In this document: in pieces, positions 26,125-39,096 of the stretch | Position numbering within the stretch: the stretch's first letter is position 1 | Layout of the letters: each line of letters opens with the position of its first letter | Assembly: GCA_964016885.1 (NCBI GenBank) | Contig: OZ024743.1 | Span: 372,682,001-372,746,000, forward strand | Source: Eledone cirrhosa | Taxonomy: Eukaryota | Length of the DNA: 64,000 bases | Reading direction: 5' to 3' | Program-made: the position numbers and the translations under genes | Notes under the pieces: generated by a model | What the model saw: the letters and a program-made list of their open reading frames with translations, nothing else | What the model was told of the DNA's origin: nothing | The model's database searches: none

Positions 26125-26320
26125 TCTTTTTGAGATATTGCAGAGCTTATATTGGGCAATTTATGGTCTTATTGATCTGGAAGATGCCCATCTGAAAGAA
26201 AATCACCATTTCACTGAGCTCATTGGGAAACTGATGTTTGGTAGTTACAGTTTGATAGCCATAATTGTACTTCTGAACATGCTAATCGCTATGATGAGCA
26301 ACTCATACCAAATTATATCT
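26125..26320 (+). CDS. TRPC: TRPC pore exon w6C; alternative copy 3
   Basis: ttgcag|T ... TCT|gtaagg, 196 nt. Translates LFEILQSLYWAIYGLIDLEDAHLKENHHFTELIGKLMFGSYSLIAIIVLLNMLIAMMSNSYQIIS. Confidence 0.93.
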
Positions 26321-29300
26321 GTAAGGAATACAATTTAAGTCTGCTCTACCTAAGTTACAGCCTACTGATATAAAGTTCTGGCAAGACGAATACAATCCAC
26401 ACTGTTCTATATAGTTTTTTCCTCATGGTACGCATATATAAACCATGTTCATTTCTATAGTTAGCTGCAATATAGAAACTGTATATTAACATTCATATAT
26501 TTGACAGTAGAAGATAGATATATGTTTCGAGCCATATGCAATCCTAGCTATTTAGTTATTGGGCCTTTAAAATAACAACCCGTGCTCTACTACAGAGTTA
26601 GTATACAATTGTTTTTGTTCAAGACACCTCCAGTATAGTTATTTATTTTCATCACTAAATATTTTTAGTCTCCTTTAACCTTTTCACAATAAACTTCTGC
26701 CCACACTTCAAAAAATATTTTTCTTTTACTTTAAAACTATTACAATTGGGAAATCTTAGAAATTAAGAATTTTATGCCTTAATTCTAAACAACAAAGTCT
26801 TAAATTTTTTCTTATTAATTTGTTAGTATTTCTGATAAAATTAAAAATATTGTTTTCTGGAGAATTTAAAAAAAAATACAGAAATTGAAAATCTAGGGAA
26901 TTAGAAATTTTTTTGTCTTCAAGAATTCTAAATAATGAAGTTTTTAAATTTTTTTATTAATTTGGAGACTTTAGAGATAATATTTTTGATGATTCTTTTC
27001 TTTCTTTTCACGGAGAAACTAATAGAATTCTTTTAAAGTAATTTTTCAAGCAATATGTGAACAATACATTTGTTTAAACTCTGCTTGTTTTTACCTGGGT
27101 TTGGAATTTTGGCATAAATGAATCCAAACAAATATTTTCAGCTGCATTAATTTCTTAATGTAAACCAGTCAACCATGAAATAGAAGTTAAACTTATCTTC
27201 AGTGAGGTAGGATATGTCAAATGGAATTATATACCAAGCCTTAACATTTGGTTCAATATTCATTTGTAGGTTTTAAAAGCTTGAGGGACATGTAACTGCA
27301 AAAATAGTTGGAGCACAACCCTCCCAGTGTTTTAGACAGCACCTTCCTTATCACACAAATGTTGTTTTTTTTTAACCCCAAATTAAACTCTACTCCCTTC
27401 ATCAACCATTTGCAAGCCCCTTTACTTATAAATGCATTGTCTATGGCATTATCCTACACATGTATTTCAAGGGACCTCAGATCCACAATTTCTTTTCTTA
27501 TAATTTATTCCTTTGTGAGTCTGGCAACACCCTGATTATATCGGCTGATTCATTATCTTAAATTAACTGATATTTCATTACAGTTTGTACTTTTTTGCTC
27601 AGCTTCTCAGAGAATCTTCAGAAGTTCTTGTACAACTCTACCATTTCATATGAAACATACCTTGAACGATTTCAGTTATCTTAAACTGGTTTGTTTGAAG
27701 TATCCACAATAAATTCTTTATCTGTAGAGCATAAATGTTGGTGTTGAATCACTTACCACTATTCCATGGGCAGTATAGTTAGAATCATATATCCTATATC
27801 AATGTTATCTGTTGAGAGAAATGTTCAAAATGCCAACCGATGAACTTTAATGTCAAAATACTTTGTATTAACATGAAACATCAGTTGATAACAAAGAATA
27901 TTCTGATTAGACTTTCAATGGAATGTCTGCATAAGATATCAGATATTGTTCTATCTGGGAAAGAAAAAGAAAATATGTGTCCTATTGTAGAAATCAGTTG
28001 TCTAAAATAGTTTTAATAAAAGACACAATCTACAATTTTCGAATAATTTTGAAAATAATCAAAGAAATAGAGAGATTGAGTAATAGAATTAATTTTCTTT
28101 ACTAAGCCTGTGTTTGGAGGATAACATAGCAAAGGTTCTTACATAAATTTATAATGAGAGGTTTTTAAATAAATATAAACACTTTAACCCTTTTTCACAG
28201 CCATATTTTTAACGAAAGACACTGCCTATGATTTTAAAATAATTTTTTTAATATTTAAGAAAATAAAGAGTTCTAATTAAAAAAAAAAAAATTATTCTTA
28301 CTATCAAGCTGGTGTTTGGAGCATAACTTAAGAAAAGTTCTTACATAGAGTTATGATGAAAGTTTTTAGATAAATATAAATGTTTGGTATCAAAAGGTTT
28401 AACTGTAGCTAGACTTTGTACAATAAAAGAAAGGTTCTTTTTAATAACAGTACATGAAAAGGACAATACTAGTGAGTGTGAAAAAGTTACAGCTCAAACC
28501 TATGTAGGTAGGTTTGGCTGGCCTCTTACAAAGTAATATTTCATAGATTTCTCAGATAATCCTATCATGAAAAGCAACTTGTGTTTTGCTCAGTCGAAGA
28601 ATCTAACACAGCCTTATGATGTAAATTTTTTCCAGTTTTTAAATAAGGCTATTGTTTAAAAAAGAAAAAAGTTACACTAGTCGTTTCATTGCCATATTTT
28701 AAATGAAATACTACACTGCATATGTATTTCTATTCATTTAAGAATAATTTGAAGGAGGTTTAATCAAATATGTAATGTTTTCATGATAAAGTTGGTATTT
28801 GGTGCATAACTTTACAAATTGTTCTGAAACAAGATCATCTCAGACAGTTGTAATTTGAATACAAACAGAGCTGACTAGGGTTAGGGTTAGGGCTAAGGAT
28901 AGAGTTACTATTAGGGTCATGGTGTCTCGAGTAGGACAGGTATGATGATAGGAAGGGGTTAATGAGGACATATGGAGATATAAGATATAACCTTTTTTCT
29001 TATTTTTAGTTTTTTTTTTGTTTTTAGAATAGGTGATTTTAATAATTTAATGTAATTTATCTTGTTTGAAAAGAGAGCAACTCCAATTAAATATGAAAAT
29101 AGTTTCAAAATTTTGGAAGTCTTTGTAAAATTTCTAGTTGATGTAAAACTTTTCACACTTTCCCAACCTTCTTCCTTATGTGTTTGCACTATCTGTGAGT
29201 CTGCCAGAGCTGTATAGAAGTAAGCTGTAAAAGTCGGTTTGTTGCAAATGCTTTCTTTTTTCATTCAGCTTTTGATTCTTTCTACATAATGCTATAACCC

Positions 29301-29495
29301 TCAAACAAAGACAACTAAATTGAGATATACATACCTCTATTATATCTGCAGTGTACATGATGTATATCTGCAATATATTTGTATATATGTGTGTGCATAT
29401 ATATACATATATATATTTATATATACATATATATATACATATATATATACATACATATATATATATATATGTATTTTTTTTTTTTTTCGAAGAAA

Positions 29496-29571
<76 letters not shown>

Positions 29572-29610
29572 GATATTAATAAATGGAAACTATATTTATA
29601 AAACCATATT

Positions 29611-29675
29611 TATTTCATTATATATATTTCAAGGATACCAAGTTAAATTATGGTATGCCTTCATCAGACAAAATA
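29611..29675 (-). ncRNA. Mirror copy of the minimal hammerhead motif on the opposite palindrome arm
   Basis: Exact reverse complement of 29781-29845. Confidence 0.6.
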
Positions 29676-29780
29676 CAATATATAACAGTTTTATAAATAG
29701 ATATTGACGTACCCTTTTAAAAGTGACCGTTGCTTTTAAAAGGGTACGTCAATATCTATTTATAAAACTGTTATATATTG

Positions 29781-29845
29781 TATTTTGTCTGATGAAGGCA
29801 TACCATAATTTAACTTGGTATCCTTGAAATATATATAATGAAATA
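29781..29845 (+). ncRNA. Minimal hammerhead ribozyme motif with palindromic stem III
   Basis: Stem I tattttgt/atgaaata (two G-U); CTGATGA; stem II agg(c)atacca/tggtatcct; GAA; atatatat; A17. Confidence 0.65.
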
Positions 29846-31823
29846 AATATGGTTTTATAAATATAGTTTCCATTTATTAATATCGTATATCTACTCCAAA
29901 TATTTGTCGAGTGCTTTATATCAGTTATAAAAATATTTGCTTGTTGTATCCCAACAATTTAAATAGAACTTTTGTATATATATATATGTATTTATGTATG
30001 CATGTATGTATATATATATATACACACTAAGGTATATAAAATATACATATAAATATATACATATATATATATAGGTGTGAGTGTGTGTATATATATATAT
30101 ATGCAGTGGGGATATATACACACACATACATACAATCATAGGATATTTGGGAATGATTTTAAAGCTAATCTTTTTATCATTATATATCTCACTGCCTTCA
30201 TTGTGTGTAATAACTCTGCCATGTGATATTCTTGTTTGCTTTCAAATGTAATAATGTAATAACCATGTAATAACCATGTAATAACCATGTAATAACAGCT
30301 ATGATGTTTAATTATATCTTACTGTGCACATATTCTTCTTATTTCCATCACACTATTATAACATTTCATCCTTATTTGCAATCTGACATATAAAATTAGT
30401 TATGTTAAATAAATATCATATTTTATGTTAAGTGACACTAAAGATACAATTTATATATTTAATAAGACAATGTAAATATATACAGTACTAAAATATAGCA
30501 GAAGAAAAGGGGGAATAATGAGGAAGAAAAAAAACGAGGGGAAGAAAACCCACACACTTAATCAGGTGCCACAACAGTGGGTGTTGAAGCCTCAGAATAT
30601 CTTAAATAATCCTTACTAATAAATTTGATTTTGTGTCCATCTGTCAGTCCACTTCCAAATAGTTAGTGCAGCTGCATTGAATTTGTGCTCGACAAGTGCA
30701 ATTTAAACATTTTTTTCAGTGCAAGTTTTTACTCGAATATAAATGATATATATAATAACAATGATATTACTTCAATTGTAAAGGTATATATAACAATTCA
30801 AATGTAGTGAAGAATGTGGAGTTTGTTTCTATACATAGACAAACATGTATTGGCATACACACACATATTTTATGGGTGTAGAAATTGTCATAAATAATTC
30901 TAGATCTGATTTGTCAGCACACCAACTGGCAAGGGAGGATGAAAAGGAAGATGTTCAAATGAAATAACTCTAGATCTGATTTATCAATTATTTCAGCCAA
31001 CCACCCTCTCAGTGTCAGCACACCAACTGGAGGGGAAGATGCAAAGGAGGATCTTCAATCCTGAGCACTAACTACAATTTACCTATGCTGACTGCCAAGT
31101 TGTTCGATAAGTTTTCACTGTGCCTTCATACAGAGATCTGGAGGAGCATTGACATAATGTTTTTCTGTTCAGCATCTAGTATAAATCACTGTTCACTTAG
31201 TTCCTCCACTAATGTCACACATCCACAATGCTACAAACTAATTTATTTACTTGAAAGTTCAAAACATCTTCATTTCTAAAGTTAATCTGCTTTCTTTCTC
31301 TTTCAACCAGCATTAGAAGTAACTCTAGTCATGACACTATACTATGTATGCATGTATGGACCTGTAACTCCTGATGGAAGTGTAGGGACACCATCATGAT
31401 ATACAGTATGTCCTGGGCACTTTGAACCTGGCAGATCCCATCCTCTCTCCAGGTCTGAACTCAATCGATTTCTTCCAGAGAAGGATAAAGCGGGTGTGTA
31501 GGGGACGAAGTGAGCATGAGAAAGAATTGACCTCAGTACTGGACTAGTACTTCTTTTTATTGACTGCAAAAGAAAATGAAAGTCATAGTTGACTTTGGAG
31601 GGATTTAAATTCTGAGAGTTGGAACAAATACTGCAAAGCCTTCTATCCGCCATTCTAATGATTCTGATACCAAAAGGGCTCATAGATGTTAGAAGAAAAC
31701 ATTATCTGCACATACACTTCTGCCATTATCACATGTGTACTATCTATTCTATGGCTAACACAAACGCTAACAGCAACATTATATATACATATATATATAT
31801 CTATATATATATATATCTATCTA

Positions 31824-31866
<43 letters not shown>

Positions 31867-31910
31867 GTATATGTATATATATATATATACACAGATATAT
31901 ATATATGTAT

Positions 31911-34900
31911 ATCATCATCATCATCATTTTACGTCCGCTTTTCCCTGCTTGCAAGGGTGGGACGGGTCTTATTCAGCACAGCATCTCTCCACTCGTCACG
32001 GTCCCTCGTCATCTCCACCGTGAGCTTCAATGATCTGAGGTCTGTTCTCACCACCTCCGCCCATGTTTTTCGTGGTCTACCTCTACTACGTCTTCCTTCA
32101 ACTGGCATTTCCTGGCACTTCTTCACCCATCGGTCATCCTCCATGCGCATCACATGTCCATACCACCTCAGTCTCCTCTCCCGTACACTACATTCTATCC
32201 CTCTCAGACACAGTTTCTCTCTCAACACATTTATGCTGGGTCGTTCACGCACATTTACACTGCACATCCAACGGAGCATGCTTGCCTCATTTCTCTCCAG
32301 CCGTCGCATATCTTCTGCGGTAGCTGCCCATGTCTCACTACCATGCAGCATCGCGCTCCTCACACAGGCATCATACAACCGGCCTTTCGTACGCAGGGAG
32401 AAACCCTTCTTCGTCAACAGAGGAAGCAGCTCCCTAAACTTCTTCCAACCCGTCCTTATTCTAGATACTATGGCCTCGGAACACCCTCCTCCCATGCTAA
32501 TCTGATCTCCTAGGTACCGGAAGCTATCCACCACTTCTATAGCGCCCTCTCGCATTTGAAAAATGTGTCTATCAGTGCGACTTCTACTGTCTAATTTCCC
32601 TGTACATCTACTGCATACATATTTCTCCCTACCTGTTAGTTTGCCTGCTATCCCGCTACATCTCTTGTGTACCCAGGACCTACATTGTGTGCATTTTATA
32701 GAATTTATGCCAGTTCCTTTTCTGCATATCGAACATGGCCATTTCCCTGACGGAATCAGGGTTTTGTCCTCTTTTCTACTCATCAACACTTTTGTCTTAG
32801 CTAGATTTACTCTCAGTCCTCTTGCTTCCAACTGCTGTTTCCATAGCCGGAATTTATTCTCTAGCTCCTCTACTGATTCTGCCATAAGAGCCAGATCGTC
32901 AGCATAGAGAAGTTCCCATGGACAGCCAGTCTTAAACTCCTCTGTTATGGCTTGGAGGACTATAATGAACAAGAGCGGGCTGAGGACCGAACCCTGATGT
33001 ACTCCTACTTGTATCTGGAATTCCTCACTAAACTCCATTCCTACCCTGACTTTACTGAGAGTACCTCTGTACAAAGTTTGCACTGTCCTTACAAGCCATT
33101 CCTCAACACCCAGCTTCCTTAGGGACCACCAGATGACAGATCGGGGTACCCTATCAAAGGCCTTCTCTAGGTCAACAAAGGCCAAGTATAGTGGCTTATT
33201 CTTCTCTAAGAACCTCTCTTGCATTTGTCTCACCAAGAAGAGGGCATCTGTTGTACTCTTCCCAGGCACAAAACCAAACTGCATCTCATCTAGTTTGACC
33301 CTTTCTCTAATTAGTTGTGCTAAAATCCTTTCTGCCACTTTCATAACCTGATCTATCAGTTTTATACCCCTATAATTGCTCCTCTCCAAAGCATCCCCTT
33401 TACCTTTGTAGCAATTTATGAGAATACTGCTGCACCAGTCTTTGGGTATGACACCACCATATATAGCCTGATTGATTATGCGTGCAACCAGTTTAGTGCC
33501 TACGTCCCCTGATGCCTTCAGCATCTCAGCAACTATTCCCGATGGTCCGGCCGCCTTACCATTTTTCATTTCCCTAATCGCCTCTTGGACCCTATATTCG
33601 TCAATCTCAATAGCTGGTCCCTCTGTCGGATCTACCAAGGGTAATTTCTCTCTCTCCCATTCGTTCTCCACATTCATCAGTCTCTCATAATGACATTTCC
33701 AGGCCTCCTTTTTCTGGTCATTCGTGACACTAAGTACACTGGCATCATCCCGGACACATTTATCACCAACAACATCCTGATTTGCATTGACACACTGCCT
33801 TGCAATGTGGAACACCGCACGCCTCTGATCTTCCCGTCGCAGAACATTGGCAAACCTCCTACTCTCTGCCTCCCTGCGTGCTAAGTACACCTGACGTCTA
33901 GCTTCTCTCTTAGTGGCTGTATATTCTTCCCTACTCCCACCCTTATTCCAAGCCTTCCATGCTAGTCTTTTGTCTCTAATAGCCTTATCTACACTGCTGT
34001 TCCACCACCAGGTCACTCTCTGTCTGGTTGGAGCTCTGCTCCAGCCACAGGTTTCATCAGTAGCCTTCAGCAAGTTGTCACGTAAGAACTTCCAGTTATT
34101 ATCTATGTCATACGTCTCTAAATCGTCTTCTTTTTCGTCATATACATCTTGAAGGGCTTTCCTAAATTTGAATTTTAGTGAAAGGTCTTTTAGCTTCCAG
34201 ACCTTTCTTCTCCACACCTTCCTATATGGCTCATTCCATTTCTTGCTTACTGAGATATCACTAACAACTAACCTATGCTGTGGGGTACATTCTTCCCCAG
34301 GGTATGCCTTGGTATTAGACACTATCTGCCTGTCCCGCTGCCTAACTAGCAGGAAGTCAATCTGGCTTATGTGCTCACCAGATTTGTAGGTTATTAGGTG
34401 ATTGGCAGGTTTCTGGAAGTTTGTGTTGCAAATAGTCAATGTACTTGCATCACAAAATTCAAGAAGTCTCACTCCTTCTTCATTTCTTGAACCATAACCA
34501 TGCCCACCATGTACCCCAGTGTAACCATCCTGGAGCTGTCCAACATGACCATTGAAGTCTCCTGCTAGCATAACGATGTCTCCGTCCTCTGTCATTGTGG
34601 TTGTTTGCAAAAGTTGCTCATAAAAGCAGTCTTTCTCATCTTTGCCTAGGCCTGCTTGGGGAGCATAGACCGAGATGATTGTCAGTAGTCTCCTACCTAC
34701 AACTAATCTAAGCTTAATTATTCGATTACTAACTCGAACTACCTCTATTGTCTTATTGATCCATTTCTCAGCCAGGAAAATGCCTACTCCCCCTAACCCA
34801 TCATCCTTACCTACCCAGAATAGCTTATAGCTAAGACGCTTGCCTACGACTAGTCTCGCAGAGGTACCTCACCATCTCACCTCTTGCACGCAGCACACAT

Positions 34901-35130
34901 CCACCTGCCTTCTCTCCAGCATCTCCGCTATTTCAGCAGATCTACCTCTGAGAGTGCCAACATTAAGTGTTGCAACTCTGAGATGCGACGTCTTCATATT
35001 TTTCTATGCTGTTTTGTTGCTGTGCTGATAAGCTTTTTGGCATTGATACACTGGTTGGATGCCCTTCCTAACACCAGCGCCACTTTACAGCATGGACTGG
35101 GTGCTTTTATTTGTGCCACCAGCACTAGAG
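31911..35130 (-). mobile_element. Near full-length RTE-clade LINE (APE endonuclease + reverse transcriptase), antisense within the intron
   Basis: ORF 31929-34610 has GDFNGH, SQIDF, QHRLV, QFGF, FVDLEKAFD, GVHQGSVLSPLLF, LYADD, FRYLG and RGRPRKTW. The frame extends to ATG 34997 through a single TGA. (ATG)n tail at 31911-31928. Confidence 0.95.
31929..34997 (-). pseudogene. RTE LINE EN-RT ORF (1022 codons) interrupted by one TGA at 34869-34871
   Basis: MKTSHLRVATLNVGTLRGRSAEIAEMLERRQVDVCCVQEVRW*GTSARL..TIISVYAPQAG.. continues in frame into the 893-aa ORF. Confidence 0.88.
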
Positions 35131-35234
35131 AGGATGTCTTACTAGACTCAAGGGCCCTCTCTACCCCTCCATTTTACAGCATGGTCATTTAAAAAAAAAA
35201 AAAATATATATATATATATACATATATATATAAG

Positions 35235-35265
<31 letters not shown>

Positions 35266-35531
35266 AAATATACATATTGCAGTAACATTATCACCGCTAC
35301 TATTTGTTTTGTGATCAGCACTAACACTAATATCTATCTATCGATTGCAGTAACACTATCACAGCTATATTATTTATTCTGTGGCAAATACTAACAGCAA
35401 TATTTTATATATAGATATATATATAGACATTAAACGACGATGATGATATATATATATATATATATATTATAATAGCATTATCACACCTCTGCTATTTATT
35501 CTGTGGCAAATACTAACACTAACAGCAACAT

Positions 35532-35564
<33 letters not shown>

Positions 35565-35814
35565 TATAGTTGCATTGTCACACCTGAGCTATTTATTCTG
35601 TGGCCAACACTAACACTAACAGCAATAATGCTTTAAAAGTTATTTTATGATGCTTGTGTTATGTTATCCACTCATGTGTAATACCTTTGGACAAATTGTC
35701 CTTTAAGTCAATGTTTCCCTTCAATGAATGTCAAACATCTTCTCACTCCATTATTTATCATACCCATGTGATTATATAATTTCAGTTTTTACTTTTGCAG
35801 CAAAACATTCCTCC

Positions 35815-36315
35815 CAACAAACAATTCTTTAGTAAACAACTATTTAGTAAACAATTTCTCCATACACAATTCTTTTAGTAAGCAATCCCTCAGTAAACAA
35901 TCTATTTAGTAAACAATCCCTCATTAAACAATCTCTTTAGTAAAGAATCCCTCATTAAATAATCTCTATAGTAAGCAATCCCTCAGTAAACAATCTCTTT
36001 AGTAAAAATGTTTTCAGTAAACAATCCCTCTATAAGCAATTGTTTAATAGACAATCCCTTTAGTAAATAGTAAACAATTATTTCCTATTCAATCCCATTT
36101 GTAAACAAGCTTTTTGTAAACAATTCCTTAATAATAAATCCCTTTAGTTAACAATTCCTTAATAATCAATCTTTCAGTAAATGATCCTTTATAAACAAAT
36201 CTTTTTGTAAACAGTTCCTTAAAAACATTCCTTAGTAAACAAACTTTTTTGTAAATAGTTCCTTAAAAACAATATTTAGTAAATAATCCTTTTGTAAACA
36301 ATTCCCTAATAAATA
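35815..36315. repeat. Degenerate ~17-bp tandem repeat (tagtaaacaatccct..)
   Basis: Recurring agtaaacaat core. Confidence 0.8.
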
Positions 36316-37017
36316 GTTCCAATTTTTGTTAGATTCCAATGACTTATTCAGCATTTCCCAGTATTTCTATTCTGTCATGACAAATTATTAGAATTACTAA
36401 TTAAATAATTATTTACTATTCTTTGATAGAATTGAATTTTATAATTTCTACAAGTTATATTTTGTTGATGGTTGCTAGGCAAAGAATTGTTCATAATGAA
36501 CAGGCTTATTTGGCTCACAAATAATCTACCATCTAAAGTTACTTGTGTATAAACCACTCATCCTATCAAAAGAGGAACTCTAACAACAAAAGACATCAGA
36601 AGACTACATGTATTCAAAACGTACTGCATGAAAGTCATCCTGGCCAAGATAAAATATCCAATGAGAGGATTCCAGTGATATTAGGTTTAGAGTAGATTAT
36701 TGCGGAAAGGAATCTCCACCATTGTGTGTCCAAGTCTGAACATGTGAGTCATCAGTCCTTTATGTCAATAGTTGGGAAGGTGTATAGAGGAGGATTTTCC
36801 TAACAGCAGGAGGAGAGGGATATTCATGAAAAGGAGGTGTAGAGAACATCTAAGAAGACGAAAACATAGGTTTACCAATTCTTACATGGAAATATCATAC
36901 CAAAGATTGTAATTCTTGGAACCATGAAATTTATAGGAAATGAAGAGACAAACAGTAGTCCTATGACTTTTAATGTACTGTGTATATAATGTAATAGAAT
37001 GATTTATTTTATGATAT

Positions 37018-37069
<52 letters not shown>

Positions 37070-37070
37070 C

Positions 37071-37103
<33 letters not shown>

Positions 37104-37550
37104 CATGTATATACATATAAATATATATATATATTATATATATATACATATATATATATGTATATACATATATATACATATAAATATATATATATTATAT
37201 ATATATAACACAATGAATTGTAATGCTCTGTAATGTAATCTACTTCCAGTATATCTTTAAACATACAACATTGATATTTCATACAGTTCAATGTTTTAAT
37301 TAAATGAGAGGATTTCAAACTAATTAACTTCTGCTTTAGAGATGAAGCATTTTGAAATATTTACACCTCCCCAGGGCTGTCATCACTGTAAAACACACCC
37401 AGTACACTTTATAGAGGAATGGTTTTAGAAAGGGCAACTAGCTGTAGAACCCATGCCAAAAGCAGGTTTAAAAGGCTTTTCAGTCAAATCAAGGACACAA
37501 CAACCTCCTTAGTGCAGGTGTCAAGATAAAATGCACCTAGTACTCTCTGT

Positions 37551-37812
37551 GGAGTCACGTGGCCTAGTGGTAAGGGTGTTGGACTTACAATCATAATGTC
37601 GTGGGTTTGATTCCTGCGTTGGGTTGTGTGTCGTGTTCTTGAGCAAACCACTTCATTTCATGTTGCTGCAGTATACTCAGCTGAAAATTAGTACCAACAA
37701 TAGTTGTGGGTTTAACCCTGCGATGAACTAACACCCCATCCAGTGGGAGTCGCTTCTGCCATAAAATCGGGATAAGCGCCAGCCTAATGAGCCTTCTGGC
37801 TTACAGACTTTA
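37551..37812 (+). mobile_element. tRNA-headed SINE (related family)
   Basis: ggagtcacgtggcctagtggtaagggtgttggacttac..gggtttgattcct head, then ttcttgagcaa..cacttcatttca core. Confidence 0.8.
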
Positions 37813-39096
37813 GAGACACTCTGTAAAGTGATTGGTGTTATGAAGGACACCCAGGCATAGAAACCATACCATAAAAGGAAAGTATTGAGACATGATATTT
37901 TAACCCATTTAAAAAGACAGTAGCTCTGATTAAACCCTGACCTGGTCTGTTATGACCCATGCAACCAAGACGAGCAGGGAAGGATGTGACAACGATGAAT
38001 ATGTTTTGATTGGTTTCATTTCCAATCCTGATCAGGCATCTTTTTTCTGAATATGCTGTACATATTTCACATTCAGGATTAATAATTCTGACAGTTGTGG
38101 TTATATTTTCTATATTTCTAATGACAGAAGACTGCCAGAATTGTGTTATTTATTCTGATTACATCTACAGTCTGACTTCAAACCCCATTGAAGTCAACTT
38201 TATCTTTCATTCATCTGAGGTTGATAAAATAAAATATCAGTCAAATAGGGGTGATATAATTAGCTTTACCCACCTTGTACAAATCATGATTTCTGTATTT
38301 TGTACATTAATTTAATAATAAATATTCTGGGTTCAAATCCACTCCAGTACTATGTCCACATCGAGGAAAATGACACCTAATGATGATCAGAGGTGGACCT
38401 AAGTGCTGGGAGGGTTTATGGAGCACTGAATGACACTGCTTCTCTATTTTTCAATGGTGCACCTTTGGATTTGGTGAGCAAAATGGGGTCCTCTGACCTG
38501 GCTTGTCTCACAATGGGACAGCTTGTCTAACCCATGCTAGCGTGGAAAATGGACATCAAACGATGATGATGATGACATGCTTATTCTGAAACTTTGCTTT
38601 AGAATTATTGATAATTAAAGTACCCACTCATAATGTAATGTTCTGAGTGGGTACTAAGTGGATTCTTCAGCCCAGCTGAAGACACAAATAAATTGCTACA
38701 GCTGTCACTGGTGCCCCCCACCCACTGCAAGGGACCCCGGGGCAAGTGTCCCCCTTCCCTTACCTCCCATTAAATTCACCCCTGGTTGGATGAGTCATCA
38801 GTACTCAGGTGTAGATGTAAATATTAAAACATTTCTCATCTCTAAATATGGTGTTAATAGATTGAAAGACTATAAATGGTAATGTTGTATGTATTTAATG
38901 TAGATGTTGTACAAGACACCCTTCTTTAATATGCCATTGGTACCAATATGGTTTGAAAATATATATTTCTTGCTTTCAATACTTAGCCACTATTCTAGCC
39001 TAACTGAATCTCTTGGCATTCATCCAACATATGTAATTAATAATTCTCAAATTATTCATCTCCAAGGATATCAATGGAATATATCTACCTTCTAGA

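Larger units (their letters stand above)
29571..29885. repeat. Perfect inverted repeat, 153-bp arms, 9-nt spacer, next to (TA)n
   Basis: cgatattaataaatgg...cccttttaaaag tgaccgttg cttttaaaaggg...ccatttattaatatcg. Confidence 0.95.

Noticed and set aside
24159-26338. Three separate small genes or processed pseudogenes
   Set aside because: Similarity is bounded exactly by AG/GT splice sites and the rest of the gene is single-copy; these are alternative exons.
25366-26385. Docking/selector pairing tgccagagtt (~25367) with aagttctggca (~26373) looping out exons B and C
   Set aside because: Only about 10 bp with wobble pairs; expected by chance without conservation data.
28875-28900. Interstitial telomeric TTAGGG repeats
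   Set aside because: Only two to three degenerate units; too short to interpret.
31619-31680. [11 protein letters not shown] resembling another pore-exon copy
   Set aside because: Lies in a decayed reverse-strand SINE B head, has no acceptor in the right phase, and similarity does not extend.
31957-34389. Plus-strand ORFs overlapping the LINE
   Set aside because: Antisense shadows of the RTE ORF.
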